In this document: positions 12,651 to 26,861 of the stretch, piece by piece | Layout of the letters: the number at the start of each line of letters is the position of its first letter | Position numbering within the stretch: position 1 is the first letter of the stretch | Source: the human T2T-CHM13v2.0 reference genome, Homo sapiens | Direction: 5' to 3' (one strand) | Assembly: GCF_009914755.1 (NCBI RefSeq) | Contig: NC_060944.1 | Length of the DNA stretch: 64,000 nt | Notes under the pieces: generated by a model | Database searches by the model: none | Told to the model about the DNA's origin: nothing | Seen by the model: the letters and a program-made list of their open reading frames with translations, nothing else | Made by a program: the position numbers and the translations under genes

Positions 12651-13779
12651 TAAAAAGAATCTTTAGTCTTTTCCATGGTAACATTCTATGAACTTAATGT
12701 CCGCAGCCCCTATGACTTTCATTTCCCCCTTCTTTCCTAAGATGGCTTTTCAGTATAGAAAAAGATTCTGTGTGTAGTTCATATACTCTTCTGTGGGTTA
12801 TCCTGTGGTCCATATACTCTTGTGTGGATCATCAGAAGCCTCTTCTGAGTTGTTGTTTTCCTGCCTGGTACAGTCTGGGGATTGGGAATGGTTCCATAGC
12901 ACCTACCACCGTCAACCATAAATATTACCATTTGCCTTTCATCATAAAGATGGTGCATTTTGCAGCCACACCAATCTTCTTTTCAATGCCACACCAATCT
13001 TCAGGTTTTGGGGATGGTGAATGGCCATCAACTCAGAAAAGTCAACATGGATTAACCTCAAGATCTCACTGCAGGTATGATGCTAAATTCATGTGGTCCA
13101 GGATATCCTTTGTATGAAGTTTCTCAAGACTGCAGGTCTTCTGAAAATCCCCATGCTTTCTCACTTTACCAAACTCTTCTTTTTCAATGTATTCATGGTA
13201 AATTCATTCATACCAAAATATAACAATTATGTTCAATAATTTTTCATTATGCAAATTACTTTCCAAAAATAATCACTGCCGTTATTTTGGTACCATCTTT
13301 TCAGATACCTTTACTGGCTCTTTATTTATTCAAGAAATAGTATTTATTGCCTGAAAGGGGTGGCAAAGACAGAGTTGAGTTTTTGAAAAATCAAATGAGT
13401 TTCTGGTTGGAACTTTATTTTTCATAGATTGTGAAGATATAGTATTGAAAGTGGAGATATTGGATTGTGAGAGCCATGTTTTTGAGAGAAAAGTAGACCT
13501 TTTGAGTTTTAAGCCTGGTTTTGAATATTAAGAGCTAAGGAGGCTGGAGGACTCAGAGGACAAGATTGATACCAGAAGCAGTAGCACAGGGAAGAACGCA
13601 CAAGACTGTCAAAGTAATTTCTGGGGATAGATTTAGTGTAAATTGTTGTGGGAGCAATGAGAACTGAGAAAAGTAAGTAAGAGTTGGGTGTTGATAAGAA
13701 TATTTGAGAGAGGTTTGAGCTTTTCCCGACCAATGGTGGGATTTTGCACTGGACCAGAACTCAGCTAATTTCTCAGCTC

Positions 13780-14260
13780 ATATAGGACTCCACTGGTGCC
13801 CACCCAGATCCCCTTCACCTGCAGAGGCCCCATCCCACAGCTGCTCCAAGTTTTGTTTGCTTAGGCCCTTAGCTAGCCCCTCCTCAGAGAATTGCCTTCA
13901 CCCAATAGGAATTGCCTCTCCTGCGATAGCACACTTCTCCACCTGTGCTTCCAAGAAGCAGCCTACAGCCAATGATTGACCGATGAAGGATACTTAAGCC
14001 CAGCCCCCTTGCCTGGAGGTGAAAGAAGTCTGTGGTGCTATTCACTTTCCACAGCGACTCTTGGAATCGCAACGAGGCTGGACTTTAGCTAAAACCACAC
14101 CACTTTTTTTTCTAAGTTCTTTCACTTCTCCTCATTGCTTCTCTCACTCCCTCATAGTAACACTTCAGGGTTATTATAAATTCAAAAAATTAACTTTATT
14201 CCTCTGTAACTAAATTTGGCTTTGCATCAGTTTCTACTGTTATCAGAAAACCTAATCTTG
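13780..14260 (+). mobile_element. LTR16-like ERVL LTR
   Basis: gtgcccacccagatcccc...gagaattgcc...cagccaatgattgac...cagcccccttgcc...gaggctggacttt. Confidence 0.6.
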
Positions 14261-15654
14261 CTCAAAGTAAATTCAGTCACTTCTGGTTTAAATTTCATTA
14301 GGATTCCACTTCCATCTCTGTTCCTCCCTGTTCTGAGATTGGAGAATGGCGCTATTGGATATAAACTTTTGTTGGCTTATATTTTCTTCCATGGACCCAC
14401 TTGGGAAGCAGTACAGAAGTACTGTACCACACAGGGAGTCGGGTGCCTGTGATTTGATGGTGCACTGCTTCTCATATGCCTTGGGGCAGAATGGGTTGAA
14501 GGTGGCTTAGCCCCAACACAAATTCACCCTTTATCTTCTGAATCCCTGAGTGTCACCCAGATTCCATTCCATTAATAATGGCTAAGTTACATGAGTTTCC
14601 CAGTCAGCCTCTACTCATCAAAAGCATTCCTATCTCTCTTCCCACCTCTCTGTCGCCTGGAATAAAAATGCTTGTTTAAAATTGGAAATTTTTGATTTAT
14701 GAAAATCTATTTCTTTGGCTCTGCTTGAAAATGCACGAAAGATAATCTCATGTATTTGCATCAAACGCTCCATCTTTTTTCTTTATGAGATCTCTTGCTC
14801 ATCTTCAGGTAAAAATTTTTGATTGCTTTTTTTTTATTGGTGTGGAAAATAGAAAAGGGAGACATGTTTTCCACACTGTCAGGTTTCAAAGCTCTTAGTT
14901 ATGCTAGTCAGTCATAGAAATAAACAGCTTTAAACTATTTTCATGCATATTTATATCCACACAGCAAAAAATACAAGTCAAGGAAGTGTTTTCTGTGTGA
15001 ATGTCAAGTGAATTAATTAATAGCTTCCTAGATATTGGCGAAATTTCATTTGACTCTTTATTAAAGGTTGTAAATGGATCCCCTGTTATAGTATTGCATT
15101 GGATCGTGATGATGAATCGTCAGCAAAATGCCTGACTGGACCCTGGGATTAGGGGACTGGAAAATTGACAGGAGTTTCAATACTGTATCTCAATGCCTTC
15201 TCGGGTAGCTGTTCAGGAAAGCAAGGCAAATCTTTGCTTTTGTCTTGGGTTGTTTGGTTTTCTATTGTTTTAATTATTAAATAAATCAGAGGGACAGAAC
15301 TTAAAAAGGAAATAAGCAGTGGGCCCTTGTGTGCCCACCAACAAACTTAGGTTATAAAGTTTTAAATATTCATCCCTCATCCCATTTCCCAAATGTTTTT
15401 CTTCTTCCAAAGAAGCTACCAGCTTGTGATGTTTATCACGTCTACTCATTGGTAATAATTCTACTTGTGTATGTATCAATCAGTAACATACAGGATTCTA
15501 TTTTATGCTTTTAACCTTAAATGGTATCTACATATGGTGTTTCCTTCAACATTATAATATTTAGTTGTGTTTTTTTAATTCACACTACTAGATCCAGCAC
15601 TCATATCCACTTCTGTATAGTGTTTCATCATAAGATGAATCCATCCTCTTCTTA

Positions 15655-17797
15655 AAATATTTTTTATTTTTAATTTTTATGAATACATAGTAAGTGTATA
15701 TATTTGTGGAATACATGGGATACTTTGATACAGGCATGCAATGCATAATAATCATATCAGGGCAAGTAAGGTATCCATCACCTCAAGCATTTATCATTTC
15801 TTTGTGTTACAAACAATCCAATCATATACTTTCAGTCATTTCTAAATGTACAATAAATTGTTAACTATAGTCCTCCTGTTGTGATATCAATTATGACCTT
15901 ATTTATTCTATCTAACTATATTTTTATATCCATTAACCATCCCCCGCACCCCTCACTACCCTTCCCAACCTCTGGTAAGCTTTATTGAGTTCAATTGCTT
16001 TAATGTTTAGCTCCCACAAATGAATGAGAACATGCAAAATTTGTCTTTCTGTACCTGACTTATTTCACTTAATATAATGTCATCTAGTCCCATCCATGTT
16101 GCAAATGACAGGATATTATTCTTTTTTATGACTAAATAGTACTCCATTGTATATACATACATTTTCTTTATCCATTCATCTGTCGATGGACACTTAGATT
16201 GCTTGCAAATCTTGACTATTGTGAGTAGTGCTTCAATAAACGTGGGAGTGCAGATATCTCTTCAATGTACTGATTTCCTTTCTTTTGGGTATACCTAGCA
16301 GTGGGATTGCTGAGTCATATGATAGTTCTAGTTTTAGTTTTTTGAGGAACCTCCAAACTGTTCTCCATAGTGGTTGTATTAATTTACATTTCCATGAATG
16401 GTATATGAGGGTTTTCTTTTTTCCACATTGTCTCCAGCATTTGTTGTTGGCTGTTTTTGGATAAAAGCCATTTTAACTGGGGTAAGATGATATCTCATTG
16501 TAGTTTTCATCTGCATTTCTCTGATGATCAATGATGTTGAGCATCTTTTCACACATCTGGTTGCCATTTATACATCTTCTTTTGAAAAATATCTATTCAT
16601 GTATTCTGTCCAGTTTTAAATCAGATTATTAGCTTTTTTTCTCTTGAGTTGTTTGAGTGCCTTATATATTATTCGTATTAATTCCTCATCAGATAATTTG
16701 CAAATATTTTCTCCCATTCTGTGGGCTGTCTGTTCACTTTATTGATTATTTGTTGTGCAGAAGCTTTTTAACTTAATGTGATCCCATTTTTCTACTTCTG
16801 CTTTTGTTGCCTGTGTTTTGGGGTTATTACTCAAAAAGTCTTTGTCCATGCCAACATCCGGAGAGTTTCCCCCAATGTTTTCTTTTAGTCTTAATAGTTT
16901 TATAGTTTGAAGTCTTAGCTTTCAGTATTTAATCCATTTTAACTTTACTTTTGTATATGTTGATAGATACGGTTCTAGTTTCATTCTTCTGCATATGGAT
17001 ATTCAGCTTTCCCAGCACTATTTATTGAAGAGACTGTCCTTTCCCCAAGGTATGTTCTTGGCACCCTTATCAAAAAAGAGTTTGCTGTAAATGTATGGAT
17101 TTATTGCTGGGTTCTCTATCTGTTCCATCAGTCTATGTGTCTCCTTTTATGCCAGTACTATGCTTTTTTGTGTACTATAGCTCTGTAGTATAATTCGAAT
17201 TCAGGTAATATGACTCCTCTCGTTTTGTTCTTTTTGCTCAAAATGGCTTTAGCTATTCTGGGTCTTTTGTGGTTGCACATACATTTTAGGATTTTTTTTT
17301 TTCTACTTCTGTGAGGAATGTCATTGGTATTTTGATAGGAATTGTATTGAATCTGTAGATTACTGTGGGTAGTATGGATATCTTAACAACATTGATTCTT
17401 CCAATCCATGAACATAAAATATTTTTCTATTTTTTGTATTGCTTTCAGTGTCTTTCATCATTGTTTTATACTTTACATTGTAGAGATCTTTCAACTCTTT
17501 GGTTGAGTTTATTGCCAATTTTTTTTTTTGGAGCTATTGTCAAGGGATTGCTTCTTTATTTCTTTTTCAGATTGTTCATTGTTGGTATATATAAATGCTA
17601 CTAATTTTTGTATGTTGATTTTATATCGTGCAATTTTACTAAATTTGTGTATCAGTTCTAAGGTTTTTTTGGTGGAGTCTTTGGTTTATTCCAAATATAA
17701 GATCGTATTATTTGCAAACAAGGATAATTTGACTTCTTTCTTTCAAATTTGGATGCCCTTTATTTTATTCTCTTGCCTGATTGCTCTAGCTAAGACA
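15655..17797 (-). mobile_element. L1MA (MA1-3-like) 3' ~2.1 kb, nested in an older L1M
   Basis: atttttaatttttatgaatacatagtaagtgtatatatt...tgatacaggcatgcaatg; ORF 16379-16567 [22 protein letters not shown] is the ORF2 C-terminus. Confidence 0.92.
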
Positions 17798-17819
17798 TCA
17801 AGATTTATTCTCTCAATGA

Positions 17820-19190
17820 TTACATTGAGGCTGTTTCCATTTTTTGGTACTGTAAATAATGCATGAATGATAATTTCACATCTCTCTCCTTATGTTTATT
17901 GGCAATATTCTTTCCAGAATACGTATTGTCAATTTTACTAGTTACTGCCAAAGTTTTCCAAAATGATGGCACCAATTTATTCCATCACAATTAGTGTAGG
18001 AGACTCTCATCATTCCATCTTCTTAGCAAAATTTGTTGTACACTACTTTTTACTGAATTAATGGGTATGAAATTGTTTTTTATATCTGTTTTAATTTCAA
18101 TTTCTTGGATTATACCTAATGTTAGGCAACTTTTCATATATTTATTGGGCATTACTTTCTTCTTGCTTGGGAATTGCTTGTTTATATATTTTCATAATGC
18201 TTAATTTAATTTTCTTCTGAGTTGTCAACATTTATATATCTATTATATATATCTTTGTAGTAAGTCTGATAATTTATATTCATTCAAATATTGTCTTGAT
18301 CTGTGGCTTACATTTTACTTTGTGCAGAGTATCTCATGAAGCATTTATCTGTTTTTATTTATGAAGTTTTTATTTATTGTATCAGTTATATATTGCCTTA
18401 TAACAAATCACTCTAAAAATCAGTAGCATAGATTATTTGTTTGCTCCATTCTGTGGATTGGCAGTGTGGGCAGAAATCATCCCTGCTCTCTGTGGCTTTG
18501 GCTGGTCTCACTCGTATTTATGGTCATGTGGCAGGTCTGCTGGGGAACAGCTGGTCCCAGATGGCCTCACTCATATGTCTAGCTGTTGGCTGGAACATTT
18601 AGATGAGGTACCTTTGTTCTCCTCCACGTGGTACCTCCCCCTGATTGGCTAAGGCTTTCCTCTCTCTTAGCAAGGTGGTTGCCAGAGGGTGGCGGTGCAA
18701 GCTTCATGTCTCTTGAGGCCTAGCTTGGAAGTCGCCCACATCAGTCCCACTGCTTTTGATTTCTCAAAGCAGCCGCAAGGCCAGCCCAGATTCAAGATGT
18801 AGTAAAGCTACAGATTCCCTCTGCATCTGGATGGGCAAAGCATCAACATCACACTGTAAAAGGAGATATGCCAGAATAGAAAGAATTTAAAATGTAACTT
18901 AGTCATACTTAAAAGGTATGTATCAATGTTTTACTTTAAATTCTGTATCTTTTGTATCTTGAATAAAAATTCCCCCACTCTAATTTCATAAAGATATTAC
19001 TTTTTTTTTCTAAATTTATTAGAGTTTTATTTTTTACATTTAGGGCATTTAATCCAGCTGAAATTGATTTCTGTGTATGATGTGAACTAATCTCATGTTT
19101 TCTTCATGAATAACAAGCTTTGTCAGTAGCATTCATTGACTGTTCCATCATTGCAGTGCTGGTTTGCGATGGCACTTCTGTCATATTTAA
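17820..19190 (-). mobile_element. Old L1M remnant (also ~15480-15650), interrupted by MLT1
   Basis: gtttccattttttggtactgtaaataatgc, ccaatttattccatcacaa, ttaatccagctgaaattgatttctgtgtatgatgtga. Confidence 0.6.
18378..18870 (-). mobile_element. MLT1 (G/H-like) LTR
   Basis: tgtatcagttatatattgccttataacaaatcactc...gatggcctcactcatatgtct...caaggccagcccagattcaag. Confidence 0.75.
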
Positions 19191-19762
19191 CAATAACATT
19201 GATTAAGCAGAATCCATGAGGCACCAGCAGGTAAGAACTTTATAATTTTCTTCCAATGTGCTTTCAAACACATTCACTTCCCTACCTGAGTTTGGAATCA
19301 GCTATGGAAATATCAAGAACTGAAGCAGATAGATGTCAAAATATCAGCCTTCTTGCTAGATAAAAGCAGGATTAAAGGACATGACCTACATGTTTAACAT
19401 CAATGGGCTTGTTAACCCTGAGGTCCCAAATCGACCTGCCAACCTGCCCAGAGCTGTGCTGAACAGTCACATTAACTCTGAAGGAAAATTGCAATGTACT
19501 CTCCTGCTGGACTGGGTGTACTAACAACTGAATGGAAACGGTGTGAGAGACAAAAAATGTCTGGAGAAAAGTTTAATGCTTGAGTATAAACAAGAAAATA
19601 ATGAGACTTTCTAAGATTTTATCCAAGGGACAGGTTAACTTCATTCTGCCCTACATTATTGGTACCACTGTAACTAATAATCACAACAGCTAACCATTTC
19701 GAACACCTTACCATGTGGCAGGTACATTAAAAGCTTTTAACCATCAAGTAAAATGTATAGGG

Positions 19763-19985
19763 TGTATTAGTCCAGGTGCTTTAAGGAGAAGACACTAAAA
19801 CAAGATTAGGTGTGCAAGAGATTTACTAGGGGAAATTGCTGTGAAGGAAAATTAGGAAGAGTTACAGGAGGCTGGGAGAGCCATCAGACTCCAGGTAAAG
19901 AAAGGAGGAAAGAACTGAAGATTTCATGAAGAGTCTTTGCAGTGTCCATGCTAAGGTATTTTTCCAAAGCTAATGTGGAGTCTAT
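19763..19985 (-). mobile_element. ERVL-type LTR fragment (probably resumes ~20445-20660)
   Basis: tgtattagtccagg...caagattaggtgtgcaagagatttactaggggaaa...ggctgggagagccatcagact. Confidence 0.5.
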
Positions 19986-19989
19986 CACT

Positions 19990-20441
19990 GCTATGTGACC
20001 ACAAATGTAGTGGCTTAAAAGAAAACAAATGTATTATCTTACAGTTCTGAGGTCAGAATTTCTAAAATCAAGGCACTGGTGAGGTTGCACATCTTTTAGG
20101 GGCTTAGAGAATCCCTTTCCTTGCCTTTTCCAGAGTCTAGGAGCCACCTGCATTCTTTGGCGTGTAGCTTCTCCATTCTCAACTCCACCCCTCCCCGCAC
20201 CATCTCTGACCTCTGCATCTGTGATCACATCTCCTTTTTCTGATTCTGACCCTCTTGCCTCCCTCTTAGAAGGACTCTTGTGACCATTTTGGGCCAACCG
20301 AGGTAATCCAAAGTAATCTTCCTATTTCAAGATCCTTAACTTATTCACATCTGCAAAATTCCTTTTGCCATATAAATAGTAACAGGTCCAGGGGATTAAG
20401 ACATAGGCATCTTTCAGAAACCATTATTTTGTTTGCCACAG
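19990..20441 (-). mobile_element. MLT1C/D LTR
   Basis: gtggcttaaaagaaaacaaatgtattatcttacagttctg...gagaatccctttccttgccttttccag...cacatctgcaaaattccttttgcca...ttgccaca. Confidence 0.85.
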
Positions 20442-21066
20442 AATCTTCAAGCTAAAAATTACTCATCAGAGAAGCCCATGAAATGGGCTTCCTTTAACAT
20501 CCCTGCTGTTCTCACTTGTCTGGGAGCAGCTCAGGGGAGGTGATGCCCCCACTGAAAACACAATCAGAAAACTGGGAGGCTGATTTTCATGACCACCACA
20601 AGAGGTTAGCAGAGGAAACAAAGACATACTGAGGGTGAGTAACTTATGTACGAATACAGAGCCAGTGGAATAATCTCTCTTTCTCTCCCACATGCTCCTT
20701 TTCTCCTGGTCTTTCTCTCTCTCAATCTCTTGGTCCCCTCTTTGTCTATATCTTAATCTCTGACTTTTTTGTTTTTGAATTTTCTGTTTTGGAGCCTGAA
20801 CACAGTGATTGCTTTTCGATGGTGTTATAAAACTTGCCAAGTTTTCTCTGATTCTAGTAACTAGTTTGCCAAATGGGAAATTATCAAAAATAATCTAAAA
20901 TTATGAGGAAGTAGAATAAAGTCCCTCCATAGACCTGATTTGCCTCCTTTCACCAAGAGAATGTTACAGATTGGATGGATATGGAATAAACACTGTTGGT
21001 CCTGTATCACTGGCTAGAGTTTAATTTGAATATAATAGTGAATTATGCTTAATGACATTAAAAATT

Positions 21067-21366
21067 GGCCAGGAACGGTGGCTCATGCCTGTAATCTCAG
21101 CAGTTTGGGAGGCCAAAGTGAGTGGATCACTAGGTCAGGAGCTCAAGACCAGTCTGGCCAAGATGGTGAAAGCCTGTCTCTACAAAAAATACAAAAAATT
21201 AGCTGGGCATGGTGGCAGGTGCCTATAATCCCAGCTACTAGGGAGGCTGAGGCAGAGAACTGCTTGAACCCGGGAGGCGGAGGTTGCAGTGAGTTGAGAT
21301 TGCACCACTGCACTCCAACCTGTGTGACAGAGCAAAACCCCATCTCAAAAAAAAAAAAAAAAAAAA
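21067..21366 (+). mobile_element. AluS
   Basis: Full dimer ggccaggaacggtggctc...A-tail; short TSD aaaaatt. Confidence 0.95.
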
Positions 21367-21548
21367 TTAACAACTAAAATCTTGGTAACCAGGTAGCCCT
21401 GGCCTGTTCCTCAGTAGCTCCCTGAGTGCACCACAGACAAGGAGCTTTGAAATTCTACTCCAAACACCAGAGAGCACACATCTTCGAATGCAGTACTGGG
21501 GACTCTTCAAGGGTCAATATGTATGGGCATCAAAAATATGTTGGTTCC

Positions 21549-21972
21549 TAACCCAAATGCCCATCAATGACAGACTGGATAAAGAAAATGTGGCACACAT
21601 ACACCATGGAATACTATGTAGCCATAAAAAAGAATGAGTTCATGTCCTTTGCAGGGACATGGATGAAGCTGGAAACCATCAAAATAACACAGGAACGAAA
21701 AACCAAACACCACATGTTCTCACATATAAGTGGGAGTTGAACAATGAGAACACATGGACACAGGGAGGGGAACATCACACACTGGGGCCTGTCAGGGTGT
21801 GGCGGGGGAGGGGAGGGAGAGCATTAGGACAAATAACTAATGCATGCAGGGCTTAAAATCTAGATGATGAGTTGATGGGTGCAGCAAGCAACCATGGCAC
21901 ATGTATACCTACATAACAAACCTGCCCGTTCTGCACATGTATCCCAGAACTTAAAGTATAATTTTAAAAAAA
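21549..21972 (+). mobile_element. L1PA (PA7/8-like) 5'-truncated 3' end
   Basis: acccaaatgcccatcaatgacagactggataaag...cccagaacttaaagtata; TSD atgttggttcc on both sides (ending 21548 and 21983). Confidence 0.93.
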
Positions 21973-23610
21973 ATGTTGGTTCCAGAAGAATTTGACTTTG
22001 ACATCAGATATTGAATATAAATAAACCTACTTACATGCTATATCGTAGTAAATATATTCATTCTATTAAGCCTAAATGGTTGTATACTAGCATGACATCA
22101 ATGCTAGTGATTATTTGTCATAATTCTAAAGAAGAAATTATTAGAATTCTAAATAATAGCTGTATATGAAGCCATTTCCTCCCAAGAATTCAGGGAGTTT
22201 CTAAAGTAAAGCCTCAGACAGACAAATCCAAATCAAAAAACTTTCCCTCCTTCATCACTAGAGAAAGACTAAGAGGATAGTTTGTCAAGAAAAGACTCTA
22301 CGGAGAGATAAAATGCTGAAAGTTATGAACATATGGTACCCAAGGGTTGAACATTTTTAAAAAATGGCCTTACCATTAAGAAAATTGGCAGGAGACCTTA
22401 CCATATTATTACACTATACTTTCTAATATTTTCTTCTTCCAGATTAAACTCTAACCAATAATACAAAGGTGTTTTATTTCATATCCATCCTTTCAATAAA
22501 AATCTCCACAAAATTTAAACATGGTAGCCAGTTACGTATCTAACTCGTTAGACACATTGCCGTTCCACATAGTGAAAAATGATATTTTTGGATGTTTATT
22601 TCATTTCAGAAGGAGAGAAATCTCAGAATCCCAATGGCCCCATTTTGGTCTTTTTTTTTGCAAAGTTCCAAAGTAATGAATCAGTAGAAATGTTTGTAAA
22701 GATACTAAAAGGTTGATTTCCCATTTTAAATAAGTACCTCTATTATAAAAAGATAGAGATTTCAAAAAATACAAATTAGGAGAGAAAAATCAATTTCATT
22801 TCTGGGAAAATCTGCAGTGTGTTTCTCATGAGAAAACAACAAAATATGGATTTTGGCTTTCCTCCTCTTTATTCTCCACAGGGATGCAATTTATTTCTTT
22901 ACCCCCAAGACCTTTCTCCCCTTTGATGTTCTTGCTGTCTGACCTCGACCTTTCCAGATGGAAGGATTGCCTGAGGCCTGAAAAGATTCTATTTTCCAGT
23001 TGAGGCTGCAGCATCTGCCCTTCTTTCTTAAACCATCAATGAGGCTAGAGTGAGAAGAGGAAGGAGAGGCGCTGTCGGTGGCATTCATCTTTACCCTACA
23101 TGGCTCATGCTTTTTTTTTTTTTTTTTTTTTTTGGTACACGCAAATTGCTCCTTTAGAACCTGAAGCTGAAAAAAACATTTTTTTAAAGGGGTGTGCTGA
23201 GTTTTACAAAAGCTATTGCTTTGCTTCATGTACCATTTACTCTCAGGGCTGAACAACATTCATTAACAAATATATCCTGTGCCACTTTTCATGCAGTGAT
23301 TTTTTTTACTAGTTATTTCAGTCTGATCTCCTATGTCATGCTGGAGATACATCAGAAAGAAACTTCCGGTCACAAATGTTGCTGACCTCAAATAAGGAAT
23401 TAAGAAACCTAAATTTAAACTATTTGGTGAATGCAAAATTTGATTCTCAAAATGAAAGGCTATGTGATTTTTATATCAGAGTGATCAATATATATTATCT
23501 TATATTTTTAAAATATTTATTTTGACATATACTTATCTGATCCATTATATAACTGAAAAATCTCTTGGGACAATATATCATATATTAATATTTATTGTAA
23601 CTGCAATAGT

Positions 23611-23855
23611 AATAATAATAGCAACTAACACTGAGCACTTAACATGGAAAGAACATGGTATTATGTACATTATATGAATTCCCTTTTTAAATCCTTTTAG
23701 CAATTCTATGAGGTAAATACTGTGATGCTGCTTATTTTACAGGTTAATAACTGACACAAAGGAGATAAACTTGCCCAAGGTCTCCCATTTTGTAAATGGT
23801 AGAGTGGAAGTTGACATCAGATCTTTCTTTCCAGGTACTAAACCATTATTTTATA
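23611..23855 (-). mobile_element. MIR
   Basis: aataataatagcaact...caattctatgaggtaaatact...attttacagg...aacttgcccaaggtc. Confidence 0.8.
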
Positions 23856-24124
23856 CAACTCTAAAGAATGTTATTGAATTTCTTCACAGACATTCACAGA
23901 AAGTTTATGCAAGGAGAGGGACTATACTAATGGTAACCAAAAAGAACATGTTCACAGTCTGTTCAGATATGTGCCAATCTTTCTGTACTCCTCGGTCAAA
24001 CATACAACAATGTTTCTGCCATGGATGATCAATTTCAGGTCCTATGATATCCCAATAGCAGAGCAAAGTCAAAGAAACCTGACTTATTACTAAGAATATC
24101 ACTGAGTGCTCTTCAGTCTCTTTC

Positions 24125-24320
24125 AGCTCAGGGCTTTTCAAACATTAGCACATGTAAGAATTATCTAGAGAGCTTATTAAAAAACACATTCCTGGGCATC
24201 AGCCTTATATATTCTCATTCAACAGGTCTTGGGTAGAACCAAGAATGAATTTCTCTACTCCAGAACCAGTTGAGGCTGATGCTACTACACAGTCTCACTT
24301 TGAATAACACTGGTCTAGTG
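24125..24320. mobile_element. MER5-family fragment
   Basis: cagggcttttcaaacattagcacatgtaagaattatctagagagcttattaaaa...cactttgaataacactggtcta. Confidence 0.7.
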
Positions 24321-25239
24321 GATAACAATAACCTTCTACCTGTAAGTTCAGTTTTGCCAAAGATGGAGGGTCTAGATCTTTAGTAGACATCACTAGAAAG
24401 CTTGCTTGAAGTGAAAGCTGCAGAACGCCAACACCAGAAATTCTTGTTTATCTGATAGTTTATGGGAGAAACTTTGAGAATAAGTGCTGGTCTCTAAATC
24501 GGTGAATGAGAAGCTTTGATGTATAGGTGAAGCGTTCCTGCTTTTTCCAACGAGGGTCTAGAAAATGTCTGAAGTTATATTACCTCCTGTCTCATAAGCT
24601 TGATATTTAGTCCTCTAGTTATATCCTCATCTTTATGACTCAACAAATATTTACTTCATGTCCACATGTACCAGATATTGTTCAAGGCAAAAAGCAAAAC
24701 AAAACAAAACAGGAAATGTCCATGCACACATCAACTTACAATTCTCTTCCCAATTTCCACTCAGGAAACCCCAGTTAGCCAGGGAACTGCAAACCTCTAC
24801 CCTCCTGCCTGCAACCCCTTTCCCTAGTATAGATCATAGGGTTAGCTCCCTTGACATCAACCACAGGGCATTATGCTATGATGTAGGCATCCCACCTGAG
24901 GACAAAGATTGTCCTGCCTAGAAGTCATAGTCTCATCTCCCACTCTCTTACAAGTGTTGACCCCTTGGAAACAGAGTTCATTAGGCCTCCTTGGACCTGA
25001 TGATTTGGAATCCTGCCCCTTCAGATGGTAACCACTCCCTTATAAAAGGTTAATTCCAAGCAGTCAGCCCTTCATTCCCATCAAGCATTCCCAGCGTGAG
25101 CCTTGACAACTATGGCAATCTCAGACCATATAACCTCACCTGACTCTTCAGATTCCTGCTGTGGTAGAACTGATTCTGTTTCAAGTGGTAAACGACTGGG
25201 GGACCAGTAATTGCAGGAAGCAGTGTGAGAAAGAGTAGA

Positions 25240-25440
25240 AAGAAGTTATGCTTTACAGAGCATCAGAACTACTACCTGAATTTACCACTTAATATCTGTG
25301 TGATTGTACACAAGTTTAATGTCTCCATGTCTCATTTTCCCCATCCAGTAGAATTGCTCTGATCATTGATGAGACCAAGTTGGTAAAGTCCCTAGCACAG
25401 TGCTTGCTATAAAATAGGGATGGAAATGATTGGTCACTAT
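25240..25440 (+). mobile_element. MIR
   Basis: accacttaatatctgtgtga...ctccatgtctcattttcccc...gtaaagtccctagcacagtgcttg. Confidence 0.65.
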
Positions 25441-25444
25441 GGTA

Positions 25445-26015
25445 ATGTTATTGCAAAAGTAACCCAGTATTCCTCCTTTCCCTGTGTCCATGCTCCTGTG
25501 CAATGTCACCTGCAGTTCCTCCATTAAGAAGCCAAATCTACTTCTCCAACTCTTGAGTCTGGGCAGGTCTCCAACTTGACTTGGCCAACAGAATGTGGCA
25601 AATGTGGCATAAGCCAGTTTCAGGCCTTGGTCTCAAGAAGTCCTGTGTGTTCTGCTCATTCTCTGGGATTCCTGTCCGTATTGCCATATCAATATGAATA
25701 AGCCCAAAATATGAATAAAGCCCAAAATATGAATAAGCCCAAAATAGCCTGGTGGATGATACAGACCTCATGAAGCCCACTTGTCTTGTCCAAGTCCTCA
25801 GGTATATGAGTGAGCCCAAGTGAAACTGCAAATTGACCTTATTGATTTGCAGCTGAAAACAGAGGCATGAGCCAGCCCAGCTGAAATCAGCTAACTGGGC
25901 CTCTACCAGCAGGACCACCAAGCCAACCTATAAACTATTGAAAAATAATAAATGGTTATTGTACTAAGCCATAAAATTTTAGGGTGGTTTCTTATATAGC
26001 ATTATGGTCGACATA
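25445..26015 (+). mobile_element. MLT1 (G/H-like) LTR
   Basis: cttgagtctgggc...ttggccaacagaatgtggc...aataaatggttattgtactaagcc...gggtggtttcttatatagca. Confidence 0.75.
25691..25746 (+). repeat. 17-18-bp unit x3 (aatatgaataa(a)gcccaa)
   Basis: Units at 25691, 25708 and 25726. Confidence 0.9.
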
Positions 26016-26861
26016 GATAAACTTCACTGTTCTTTTCCCCAATTCCTTCAAATATTTTGTTCAATGTTATACATCAAAAATCAAAACTAAAAACTTCTGT
26101 GTCCCTTTTAACTCCTTTCTCTCCCTGTATCCCAACACAAAGCCAGTCAGTCACCAACCGAAAATGACTTGGATTCAAGTGTCCTGCAGATCTCCTGGCA
26201 AATTTTCTTCCCTGGGAAAGAAAGCTCTTCCCCATTCGTTTTTCCAGAGAAGCCAGTTACATGAAAAGTTCCTAATACCAGTTTATATCCAGCCTGCCTC
26301 GTGGGTTGGACAATTACCTGGAACAGAACTTCTTCTGGGTCAGATCACACAATAGCAATGGTTTCCTACTTCTCACTGAAGCTGCAAAGGTCTTTGGACA
26401 CAATGTTGTTCAGTACTAAGCCCCTTATTTTGTTTTATTTTGTTTTGTTTAGTTTTGTTTTTAACCAGCTTTCTCAGGTTGAGGAAGGCCCCTGTTTCTG
26501 AACTGGACCCTGTCTCATGCAGAGGACTTGGTCTCTATCCCGCCCTTGTCTATTTCTTCCTCCTGTCATGCCCAGTAGCCTGACATCATGACTGTGCTCT
26601 TTACCACTATATCACTAACACTGGTTCATTGAAAGTACTTTTAAAACGTGTGTTTGATGGGAAAATAAATAAAAACTGGATAAATTAATATTCTTCCCAC
26701 TGAAAACATCTTTCTCCCCTTTTCCATCTATTAAAATCAAACAATTTATGTAAAAGGCAGCTTAAGTAACAATCACAATGTATTATTTGCACCTCTCCAG
26801 GTGCAGATTACTTTTCTGCGTTTTTAATAGTTTATTGTCTATCTGTCTGATCCTTGAAATA

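Noticed and set aside
21045-21377. Alu-derived ORFs (also 27095, 47837, 53340, 55662, 61489)
   Set aside because: Standard Alu translations, not genes.
25691-25746. Short repeat array as CRISPR-like
   Set aside because: Head-to-tail units with no spacers, inside an MLT1 LTR in a eukaryotic genome.
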